Source: Candidatus Latescibacterota bacterium (lineage in GTDB: Bacteria > Latescibacterota > UBA2968 > GCA-2709665). Taken from it: a stretch of DNA of 64,000 nt. The position numbers and the translations under genes were made by a program. The notes under the pieces are model-generated. The model saw only the letters and a list, made by a program, of their open reading frames with translations. It was not told the origin of the DNA and did not search any database. Shown here in pieces: positions 25,186-34,083 of this stretch (its first letter is position 1; each line of letters begins with the position of its first letter). The stretch lies in the NCBI GenBank assembly GCA_963662665.2, contig CAXXJS010000005.1, positions 1-64,000 on the forward strand, read 5' to 3'.

Positions 25186-27883
25186 CTTGTATCCCTCCTG
25201 ACTTGTGCGAATAGTTATCCACTGTGTCGTCAGAAGGTAAACAACGATGAACGGAATGCCCGAGACCCCTTTTCCGGTTACCTCACATGGCGCTATTACG
25301 GCGATCCTCGCGTGGCGCCTTTACGGCGATCCTCACGTGGCGCCATTATGGCGATCCCCAAATGGCTCCATATGACCGATCACTAACAATACGGCCATAG
25401 CTCATCGCTTTGTGCTTCGAAGCGTTCGCCTTGACTTTCGTACCATCCAGCGCCACGTGTCCCAGTTTGACCAGACCACCCTACTGGCAAAGCCCCAGCA
25501 CCTGAGTGAACATGCCCGACAGGGCCTTAAGATGACGCTCTCGAAACGCCGCGATCGTATCGTGATCCGGATGCTGATCCAAACTCAACACGCGGAATGC
25601 CACAGAGTCATACGTGGCACGCTCAATCTTCCGCGAACTTGTGATGCCTTCACAATAGGCAAACAACAGCAGGCCTACCATCATTCTCGGATCGTACGGC
25701 GGTTGGCCACCCTTCGACCCATCATACGACCCATAGATCGACGACAAATCCAGTTGCCCGACGATGTCTAAAATGAAATACGCCTTGTGCTGTTTTGGAA
25801 GCCAGTCCCGTAGATCCGGAGGCAACAGCATCACTTGCTCTGGATGGTATTCACGAAAACGCGTGGGAGTGTCCATCACAACCTCAAGTTTAGGGTCCTT
25901 GTCGACACTCCTATTATACGAAACTTTCGCCCTCTTGGGTACTCCGACAGGCTCCTAGGCACATTAGATCGTTTCAATCCTTGTTCTGATGGAAGAGTCC
26001 CAACGGGAAAGCCTACAGGACCAACACCAGAAGACTTAGACGCAGGTTTCAATCCTTGTTCTGATGGAAGAGTCCCAACGGGTGCGAGATCTGGGTCACA
26101 AGGCTACGCCTGTCCACTAGTTTCAATCCTTGTTCTGATGGAAGAGTCCCAACGGGCGGTAGGGGCACAGACGACAATCTGCCGCAGCTTGTTGAGTTTC
26201 AATCCTTGTTCTGATGGAAGAGTCCCAACGGGCTGGGCGATGATGCGTGGACACCTGACGAGTTGTGGCAGTTTCAATCCTTGTTCTGATGGAAGAGTCC
26301 CAACGGGCTCGCGGACCGTCCCGCCCTGTAGGATGGTCGCTGAAATCCTCACCACATCATGTTTCAATCCTTGTTCTGATGGAAGAGTCCCAACGGGGAG
26401 GGCGCGAACCTGCAGGGGGCGACGTTCGAGGGTATGTTTCAATCCTTGTTCTGATGGAAGAGTCCCAACGGGTCGTTTATTCCTGAACGTGTTCGGAATC
26501 ACGGAACAGGGTTTCAATCCTTGTTCTGATGGAAGAGTCCCAACGGGATCGAAAGGGTTTCCCCGACCACCGGGCCCTCATTTAGTTTCAATCCTTGTTC
26601 TGATGGAAGAGTCCCAACGGGGGCTGTCTACTGTCAGCACCTGGGATTTCCGGCTGAGTTTCAATCCTTGTTCTGATGGAAGAGTCCCAACGGGCCGTCA
26701 AGCCTTGCCCCTGTTCCTCTGTCTGAGATACTGTTTCAATCCTTGTTCTGATGGAAGAGTCCCAACGGGCTACGACAGCCGGAACCTATACCGTTACCTA
26801 TCGCGGTTTCAATCCTTGTTCTGATGGAAGAGTCCCAACGGGGAACCCTGGCCGGACCGGTTGCGGATTTCCTTGCGGTTTCAATCCTTGTTCTGATGGA
26901 AGAGTCCCAACGGGGCGTTGGGCATGTTGTTGGGTTGGGGTGCATATAAGTTTCAATCCTTGTTCTGATGGAAGAGTCCCAACGGGCTTAAGAACTCCAT
27001 CCGCACAACCTCCAATTAATGGTTTCAATCCTTGTTCTGATGGAAGAGTCCCAACGGGGAAACAAGCCCCAACTGCATACACCTTGTCATGGCGTGTTTC
27101 AATCCTTGTTCTGATGGAAGAGTCCCAACGGGAAAAAGACCCTCTTCGTTATTCTCCAACACGCCTTCGTGTTTCAATCCTTGTTCTGATGGAAGAGTCC
27201 CAACGGGCGGGAACCCGCGACACGCAGATGATCGGAAGCTCGTCGTTTCAATCCTTGTTCTGATGGAAGAGTCCCAACGGGCTTCCGGGCATCTGACAGG
27301 TCTTCCAGAACCTTTTCATATTCTTGTTTCAATCCTTGTTCTGATGGAAGAGTCCCAACGGGCACCGGCTGCTGCGTTACCGGGACCTGACCAGCGGGTT
27401 TCAATCCTTGTTCTGATGGAAGAGTCCCAACGGGTGTGGCAGGTGTTCCCGTCCTTTGTCGAGCGGTAAGGGGTTTCAATCCTTGTTCTGATGGAAGAGT
27501 CCCAACGGGCCCACCACGGCTCAAAAGGAATGGCTGGCAGCCTTCCGAGTTTCAATCCTTGTTCTGATGGAAGAGTCCCAACGGGAAATGATTATTCGGA
27601 CTATTGCCAACGCCATAGAATCGTTTCAATCCTTGTTCTGATGGAAGAGTCCCAACGGGAGGGGGGAGATCGGTTGTAAGCCGTGCATGGCAACGCTGTT
27701 TCAATCCTTGTTCTGATGGAAGAGTCCCAACGGGTTCGCGGTTCAGGTTCGCCGACGTCAGGTACAGACAGTGTTTCAATCCTTGTTCTGATGGAAGAGT
27801 CCCAACGGGCTTGCAGGGATGCGGTGGCGACGTCCAGGTTGTTTGCGTTTCAATCCTTGTTCTGATGGAAGAGTCCCAACGGG

Positions 27884-28054
27884 CGCATTTTAGCCATATC
27901 AAATGAAATTCCAACGGTTTAACGAAACTACAGGCGATTCAAAAGCGCAATTTGACAACTCAATTTTGCTCCCAAGCACAGACATTGTCCCCTCCTTTGC
28001 AGAATTGAATGTTCGCAACATCTTAATTATTAATAGATTGTGTCGAGATTGTTG
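27884..28054 (-). promoter_or_regulatory. CRISPR leader
   Basis: AT-rich non-coding stretch between the cas4 stop and the first repeat. Confidence 0.75.
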
Positions 28055-28651
28055 TTAGACGCAGATATTTCTGTAACAACAGTCCCCACACTTGGCGCGA
28101 TGAGGCGTCTTTTTGGGCAGTCGTCCGGTCCGAATAATGTCGAGGATTTCAGATACAGCAGTCTTTGCAGTGGTTTCCTCGGCTTCTCCGATGGGCACTT
28201 CGACCAGCCGGCTACCACCCCGCACGTAGGCGATGTAACCACGTGTTACCGGTTTTTGATAAGCTTCGCGGGTCAGGAGCCCATAGAGAGTAATTTGGAT
28301 TCGATGGGTTTTGAAAGCGTTCTCTCGATAGGGCGTATACTTGTAATCGAGCGGTGCAAACGTCCCATCGTGCAATGCCAAGACCTCATCGACGACTCCT
28401 CGAACGCCTAGCTCGGGTGACGCCATATATACGTTGAGATCTCTATTTACCACGCCGATCTTTTTTCGCAAGTAGGATTGATTTTCCCGTTCCCTGCGTC
28501 TGTGGACCTCCCGTCCCTTGAGCACCTTGAAGCGCCGGTCTTCAAACTGCGGGATGTTGAGCACGTTCATGAAATATGTGAAACGAGGACAGTATACGTG
28601 CTCGATCACCTCGGACGGCGTGATCATGACTGTTGTTTCGGTGTCGCTCAC
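28055..28651 (-). CDS. cas4: CRISPR-associated exonuclease Cas4
   Basis: YCPR, GVVDEV, PLDYKY, QITLY, C-terminal CGDCCYRNIC Fe-S cysteines. Confidence 0.95.
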   Translation of the reverse strand: MSDTETTVMITPSEVIEHVYCPRFTYFMNVLNIPQFEDRRFKVLKGREVHRRRERENQSYLRKKIGVVNRDLNVYMASPELGVRGVVDEVLALHDGTFAPLDYKYTPYRENAFKTHRIQITLYGLLTREAYQKPVTRGYIAYVRGGSRLVEVPIGEAEETTAKTAVSEILDIIRTGRLPKKTPHRAKCGDCCYRNICV

Positions 28652-28953
28652 AGGAATAGACTCTTTACGTCGTCGGTAACCAGTTTCTGGTCGAATGCCT
28701 GTCCTTGAAGTACAACTTTACCGAAATCCATCGCACACATGGGGAAAATGTACACCCGGTCGGTTTCCTCATCTATGTGTTCCTCTATACGCATCGACAG
28801 TTCGTCGAGTCGGTTGTGCTTTACTGTGCCGAGAAAGACGGATTTTTGAACTCGATAGAGGCCGGCTTCTTGACAGGCTTTGCCCACCTTCCGCCGGCAT
28901 TTGTCGTCTGAGATGTCGTAGAGAACCCAGGTGAGAGATTCGTCGGATTTCAT
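28648..28953 (-). CDS. cas2: Cas2
   Basis: WVLYDISDD...RVQKSVFLG. Confidence 0.96.
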   Translation of the reverse strand: MKSDESLTWVLYDISDDKCRRKVGKACQEAGLYRVQKSVFLGTVKHNRLDELSMRIEEHIDEETDRVYIFPMCAMDFGKVVLQGQAFDQKLVTDDVKSLFL

Positions 28954-29948
28954 GTTGCCATCTCTTGTGTGTTCGGCTCGTTCGCAATCAGTTCATTGGC
29001 GATGCGGTGCAGGTCGAATTGTATGCTGTCGCGTCGAGTGATGTTCCTGCCGCGGTAGCGAATGGCCTCGTCGAGAAACGCCGTGAACGCTTCAATGAGG
29101 ACGGCCTTGCCAGGCTTGTTCAGAGTGAGTCCGTTCTGCAATTTGTCGAACAGGTCTTTTTTAATTTTGCGCGCAGAAAATAGCGCAAGCACGGTCTCGT
29201 CCGCCCAAATCCGGTATTGCTCGATGAGATCAAATACAAGGGAGGGTTTATTGTAGTGATCGGTATGAACAAAGCCTATGTATGGATCGAGTCCCGCAAG
29301 TAAACATGCTCGTTCGACCGCCCCGTACAGGACGCCATAGGCATAATTGAGCAGGCAGTTGAACGGGTCCTTTGCCGGATTTCGGCTCCGGCCTTCAAAC
29401 CTGTAGTGAGTTGGCAGAAGCAGAGAAACTGCCGCCCAGTAGGTTCGCCCCGCACGACCCTCCAGGCCGAGAAGGGTCTGGCGTGCGGCACCAACATTAC
29501 CTGTGACGTCCTGCGTCTGCTCCTTCAATGTCTTGAGGCTGTCGATGGCTTCGGTAAGTTGCGCCGACAACCGCGTCCGACGTTTGCGCATTTTCGTCAA
29601 CAGCGCGATCTGGTTATCAAATTTGCGCTCGACCCAACCGTGGGCGAGTTGCCTGCCGATGTCGGTTTCTGCTGCCGCAAATTGCATCCGCCGTATGGCG
29701 GTGGTCGAACCCGGTCGACCGTGCCAAACCCGACCAAACGGATCGCCGTATTTATCCAGAAACAGAATATCGATATTCTTCTCTGTCGCCAATTGGACAG
29801 CGTCTGTAGAAAAAGCGGCACCTGTAGTTATCAGAATGGACTGGACCTTGCGGGCAGAGACTTCCGAAACCTTGCCATCTGCTCTGATATGGAAGAGTTC
29901 GCCGCGCCGTTGGAGGTAGGCTCCGTAGGTGTTGATGACGAGTTGCAT
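28950..29948 (-). CDS. cas1: Cas1
   Basis: LLGLEGRAGRTYW, FNCLLNYAYGVLY, GLDPYIGFVH, SLVFDLIEQYR. Confidence 0.97.
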   Translation of the reverse strand: MQLVINTYGAYLQRRGELFHIRADGKVSEVSARKVQSILITTGAAFSTDAVQLATEKNIDILFLDKYGDPFGRVWHGRPGSTTAIRRMQFAAAETDIGRQLAHGWVERKFDNQIALLTKMRKRRTRLSAQLTEAIDSLKTLKEQTQDVTGNVGAARQTLLGLEGRAGRTYWAAVSLLLPTHYRFEGRSRNPAKDPFNCLLNYAYGVLYGAVERACLLAGLDPYIGFVHTDHYNKPSLVFDLIEQYRIWADETVLALFSARKIKKDLFDKLQNGLTLNKPGKAVLIEAFTAFLDEAIRYRGRNITRRDSIQFDLHRIANELIANEPNTQEMAT

Positions 29949-29969
29949 TGGAAGTCCTAGGAGATCAGG

Positions 29970-32387
29970 TCATATCATCTGACAGTGTTGTTCCTCATCA
30001 GGTAAAACCAGATGTGCAAACCCGGTATCTGAGCGATAGTCGTCAGAATCCAGCAATTTCCAGAGAAAATTATCCTCTCCATCACCCAGGGGTGCCGCAA
30101 CAGAGTCCGCAATTTTCGGCGGTACAGGAACTAGGAATTGTTGCACCAGAGCCGAGAAACGTTTCTTATCCCAGAATTTCAACCCCCGGCGAAATCGCCA
30201 GTCCATATACCGCTCCAGCAATTGCTGTCCTCCTTCCGGGGCAAACTGCGCCATCAAGAGTTGCATGGTGTCGCTCAAATCTTCAACAGGCTGATCAACG
30301 AACACACTATTTCTCGGCGGCCCTGAAATGAATGGTATAATTCCTGAAAGGGCTGACCATTTCCCCCTCGAAGCCTCATCAAGACTCTTCCTCATGAAAG
30401 CCGTATTGGAATTCTCATCCCAACAGAGCTGATAATACTTATCCAGAGCTTCACCCAACTCTTCTTCTTTGATAGACCCAGCTTCTCTTAATACCCGGTC
30501 TGTATGCTTTCGTGAGGTTTCGTCCCGGTAAATCCATACCCGGCTATCTCGTCCATCTTCACGCAAAAAAGGAAAGAGAATAACCTGCGAGCGATGCTTC
30601 TCGCCGTGACGATTTGCACGACCGGCAACCTGTGCCGCCGAAGGCAGGATCGGCAATGCACGCAAGATCGTCTGAAAACTTAGATCCACCCCGGCCTCCA
30701 ATATCTGCGTACATACGGCAATGATCGGTTTGTGTTTTTTTAAGTCAGCTTGAATAGATTGGATAACCCTAGCTTTATGGGCGGGAAGCATCAAGGCGGT
30801 CAAACAGTGTCTTTCCGTCCCATTCGTCGCAGTCGAACAAATCTGGCAATAAACCTCAACCGCATCCCGTATTGTATTCATCACAACTGCGACGCTCCCT
30901 ACTCGCTTCACCGCCTCGACCGCTCTTTCAGCAACACACTCCACACCTAATCCGCCCCTCTCGACGGAAAGTTCAAATCTTCCTGATGGTCTGATCTGCG
31001 GTGCGAGTTTAACAACAGGATGCAACAGACCTGAGTCCGTAGGAGGGAGGGTTGCTGTTGTAAAAAGCACTTGAAAGTCCAGTTGTTCGGCCAACACGCG
31101 CAAAATACGCAGAAAGACATTCCAGTACCTCACGTCAATAATCTGTGGCTCATCAACAATGACAAATGCTCGCCGCAAAGCCTCCACTCGAAGGGTCTGA
31201 TGTGCTCGCCGGGGGAAAATAGCTCGGAAAAATTGGTTGAAGGTCGTCGTCAGAATCGGCGTTTGCCAAGTCTCCGTCACGTCTACTTGATCGTCATCAA
31301 GTTCAGCAAGAGATAGATGGTGATGTTGAAGTACCTCAACTCCTGTCGTTTCCGAAATCTCAGCCGTATTCTGTGAGAGAATCGAAAGATAAGGTGCAAC
31401 GTACAGGATTCTCCGGCAGCGTCCAGAGGCACAGGCATTTAAGCCGGTTCGCAAAGCAGACAGCGTTTTCCCATAACCTGTGGGCAGACAAAGCGTGTAA
31501 AATAGCTCTTGGGAGTGGTTCTGATAAGTCTCCACGACTCCTTGCTGGATATTCTGCCGTAAGCCGACCAGCGCAGGGTCGGCTCCGTCTTCGATAGCGG
31601 CTCTCCCCTTGTCTTCACAGACGTCTGTCAATTTTTCCTGCCCATAGACAGCCTCAGTCCGCTCCAGTGTTGTCTCCTGTAAGCCGCCTGCATGATAACG
31701 ATCCGCTGCCACTAGCCGGGCCGCTGCATTGGGAATCGACCATGCGGCTTGGGCCAGAGAGATTTCACAGGATTCAGCGGTCTTTTGCTTCTGTTTCAAG
31801 TACTTCATGCGGTCCCGGCGAACCCGTTTCTGCCACTGTGTGGGAAATTCCTCCAGCCACTCTTGGAACCTGTCTACAGTTAAACAGACTTCTGGAAAGT
31901 AGGAAGAAGCAAAAGAGAAAATTCCGTCCATATCCGAGGCGTCGATAGCTTCATCAAAATGCCGTAATTTGGCTCCCGTCTCATCCCATGGTGGCTCTTC
32001 TTCATCTAGATCTTCCAGCTTGCCGTGGTGGTCATAGACCGCCCGGGACCAGTCCAGCACAATATCTCGGAGGATTAGTCGCTTTTCGCGGCTTAAATCC
32101 CAAGCATCTACAAGAGACTCCGCACCGTAAGCGAACAGGGCAGCTCCCAATGGAGCATGTGGAGGCCCCTTCTCGCGGCTGCCGCGGATGTAATCTTGCC
32201 AGTCTGCGTGCGCCTTAGCTGCATCGTGTAGAAGACCCGCCAAGAATGCGATGCGCTCCTCGTAGCCTCCCTTGTCAGACCCACATACAGTCGCTACCGC
32301 TACAAGATGATCTCGAAGAAGGTGCTTTCCGCCATCCTCTTCGGTTGGTCGGGCAATGCACTGGTCAAAAGGGATTACCACAGGCAC
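29970..32387 (-). CDS. cas3: Cas3 HD nuclease-helicase
   Basis: LRDHL, LLHDAAKA, LPTGYGKT, DEPQ, TATLP, TQILEAGVDL, QVAGRANRHG; GTG start overlaps cas5. Confidence 0.95.
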   Translation of the reverse strand: MPVVIPFDQCIARPTEEDGGKHLLRDHLVAVATVCGSDKGGYEERIAFLAGLLHDAAKAHADWQDYIRGSREKGPPHAPLGAALFAYGAESLVDAWDLSREKRLILRDIVLDWSRAVYDHHGKLEDLDEEEPPWDETGAKLRHFDEAIDASDMDGIFSFASSYFPEVCLTVDRFQEWLEEFPTQWQKRVRRDRMKYLKQKQKTAESCEISLAQAAWSIPNAAARLVAADRYHAGGLQETTLERTEAVYGQEKLTDVCEDKGRAAIEDGADPALVGLRQNIQQGVVETYQNHSQELFYTLCLPTGYGKTLSALRTGLNACASGRCRRILYVAPYLSILSQNTAEISETTGVEVLQHHHLSLAELDDDQVDVTETWQTPILTTTFNQFFRAIFPRRAHQTLRVEALRRAFVIVDEPQIIDVRYWNVFLRILRVLAEQLDFQVLFTTATLPPTDSGLLHPVVKLAPQIRPSGRFELSVERGGLGVECVAERAVEAVKRVGSVAVVMNTIRDAVEVYCQICSTATNGTERHCLTALMLPAHKARVIQSIQADLKKHKPIIAVCTQILEAGVDLSFQTILRALPILPSAAQVAGRANRHGEKHRSQVILFPFLREDGRDSRVWIYRDETSRKHTDRVLREAGSIKEEELGEALDKYYQLCWDENSNTAFMRKSLDEASRGKWSALSGIIPFISGPPRNSVFVDQPVEDLSDTMQLLMAQFAPEGGQQLLERYMDWRFRRGLKFWDKKRFSALVQQFLVPVPPKIADSVAAPLGDGEDNFLWKLLDSDDYRSDTGFAHLVLPDEEQHCQMI

Positions 32388-33100
32388 ACGGTCCCCTCTT
32401 CCGGTATGTCTAGAAACGCCCATCTGTCCGCATCCGAAGCCTCGACGGGCGTAAACGTAATTGGCCTCCCCTGCACTTCATAGATCAGGCTAATTGATCC
32501 CTCAAAACGGCGATTCCCAAGATGTTCGTACAGAACCCCTCCCACGCGGGCATATTCGTCTTCCTCTTGAGGCCTTAGCCGGGAGATCGCCTTACTCGGA
32601 ACTACAGATACGCAGGTCGTATCCTCGTGCTCTTCTAGCTTCAATGACTTAACTGCGGTATCTGGATAGGCGGCATAAAAAACAGGAAATGTCAAACAAT
32701 ACGCGCTTCCCAGATATGTGTGATAGTGGCTGTGTCCTTCTTGGAGTCGGCTTTCCAGTTCCTCCTGTAAAGGTCCCTGATAATAGACTCGATAATGTGG
32801 ATTCACCACGATCTCAATGGCCGTTGGTCGGTTGAAGTCCGATCCGCCGCCAACCCAGCCCTTTCCAAGCATACTCATTTCGTGTGCTACCGTGCGGACC
32901 GGCCGCAGGAGCCGGATACCACAGCGCGGAGATTCTGGCAGCGACTCAAGGCCGAGAATCGAAGCAATCAGACCGTGAAGTGCCGTCCGCGTGATAAAGG
33001 GGTAGCTAGCGTGCGTTCCGAGGGTATCTGGACGCCGATAATGGGCCAAACCGCTGCGTAATTCAAACGCCAGTACACTCATTTCGGACATATTGGGCAC
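32375..33100 (-). CDS. cas5: Cas5
   Basis: LAHYRRPDT...SYPFITRTALHGLIASILG; TYLGSAYC. Confidence 0.9.
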   Translation of the reverse strand: MPNMSEMSVLAFELRSGLAHYRRPDTLGTHASYPFITRTALHGLIASILGLESLPESPRCGIRLLRPVRTVAHEMSMLGKGWVGGGSDFNRPTAIEIVVNPHYRVYYQGPLQEELESRLQEGHSHYHTYLGSAYCLTFPVFYAAYPDTAVKSLKLEEHEDTTCVSVVPSKAISRLRPQEEDEYARVGGVLYEHLGNRRFEGSISLIYEVQGRPITFTPVEASDADRWAFLDIPEEGTVCLW

Positions 33101-33102
33101 TC

Positions 33103-34071
33103 CTACATGTTCATTGCTTCGCCGGGGAGGTCTCCGATACCTTGAAGTCCAAGGTGTTGCCAGAGTCGAATACGCTCGATTTTTCCCTCGTTTGCATTCA
33201 ACGTCTCAGCCAATCTTTCTACATTCAGCTTAATTTCTACTAGTGAAGACGGAGGTCGTTCTCCCAGCCAAGCATCTCGTCCAGGCTCAATCTGTACCCT
33301 TTCTTCCAGAAACCCGATCCGGTCAAAAGGATCTTTATATTCAACGTGAATTAACAATAAAGGCTGCTGAATCCCCCTCCCGCGCGCCTGTCGGTTGATC
33401 GTACCCTTCCAGAGTCCTTCGAGAAGCACCTCAACATCATCTTCGCTCATCCTAGTATCCCCTGCAATCTGCGCGTTTATCACACCAGGCATGGCGAACG
33501 TAGCAAACGGCAGAGTATAAGTCGTCCAGATCGTACCTTGGCTCTTGCCCTCTTCTTCGCCTTCGTCGGTGATTTCGGTATCCCTTGACGGCATAACGAC
33601 GGTTCCTTGGACGTACTTAGTTTCTACTGGATGAAGTGAGTGTGCCCAACCAAACTGGACGGGACCCACCTGATGAAAGCTCTTCTTTTTCACGCTAAAA
33701 ACCGCCCCAAAAACGCGCATGTCGAAGGCCGAGGTAAGCAACGCATCCCGAAGGTCTTCCGCCTCTTCACGTTCTGCCCTTTCAAGGATTGTTGTTGCCA
33801 GCTTCTCTCTGCCTAGCAACCTGTTTCCATCCGTCCGCTCCTCCCGGCAGAAAACAAACATCGAACTGTTTTCACCGCCGTCTGGGTAGCGAGCCAAAAC
33901 ATAATCCCTCACATCCCGCTTGATACTGACATCCGACAACGAAATCCGCCCGTCTTCCTCACCGAAAATCCGTCGTGCATCGCTGTCGCGCAGGGGATCG
34001 CGATTGGGAATGCCGTCTTTCACGCATTTTACGAAGAGGATTTCGCCGCTTCGAATCGAATTTCCGTTCAT
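33103..34071 (-). CDS. cas7: Cas7 (Csh2/Csd2-like)
   Basis: PNRDP, SDVSIKRDVRDY, FDMRVFGAVF, GPVQFG. Confidence 0.92.
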   Translation of the reverse strand: MNGNSIRSGEILFVKCVKDGIPNRDPLRDSDARRIFGEEDGRISLSDVSIKRDVRDYVLARYPDGGENSSMFVFCREERTDGNRLLGREKLATTILERAEREEAEDLRDALLTSAFDMRVFGAVFSVKKKSFHQVGPVQFGWAHSLHPVETKYVQGTVVMPSRDTEITDEGEEEGKSQGTIWTTYTLPFATFAMPGVINAQIAGDTRMSEDDVEVLLEGLWKGTINRQARGRGIQQPLLLIHVEYKDPFDRIGFLEERVQIEPGRDAWLGERPPSSLVEIKLNVERLAETLNANEGKIERIRLWQHLGLQGIGDLPGEAMNM

Positions 34072-34083
34072 TTTTCATATCTC

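Larger units (their letters stand above)
22743..25388 (-). mobile_element. IS21-family element inserted in the IS1182 transposase
   Basis: TG...CA ends; 5-bp TSD ATACG (22738-22742 and 25389-25393); subterminal repeats; istA and istB. Confidence 0.93.
21762..25954 (-). mobile_element. IS1182-family element, disrupted by IS21 and an in-frame TAG
   Basis: IRs gagcctgtcggagtac / gtactccgacaggctc with CTAG TSD; N-part 25879-25394 (PYDPRMM, HPDHDTIAAFR, VALDGTKVKANAS); C-part to 21858 (TDPDSRIM, ADSGY, VEPVFGQIK). Confidence 0.9.
18120..27883 (-). CRISPR. Type I-B CRISPR array, 37 repeats and 36 spacers, in three segments: 18120-18617 (7 repeats), 20253-20513 (4), 25971-27883 (26)
   Basis: 37-bp repeat GTTTCAATCCTTGTTCTGATGGAAGAGTCCCAACGGG on +, ending ATTGAAAC on -; leader next to cas4; trailer repeat at 18120 has one mismatch. 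Confidence 0.99.

Noticed and set aside
21762-25954. CRISPR-associated transposon (CAST)
   Set aside because: Ordinary ISs with their own IRs and TSDs; no tnsB/tnsC/tniQ; cas3 is intact
18120-27883. Self-targeting of main-array spacers within the window
   Set aside because: No long match seen by eye; not exhaustively tested
17988-27914. Many ORFs with repeated VSILVLMEESQR / FNPCSDGRVPTG
   Set aside because: Translations of CRISPR repeats
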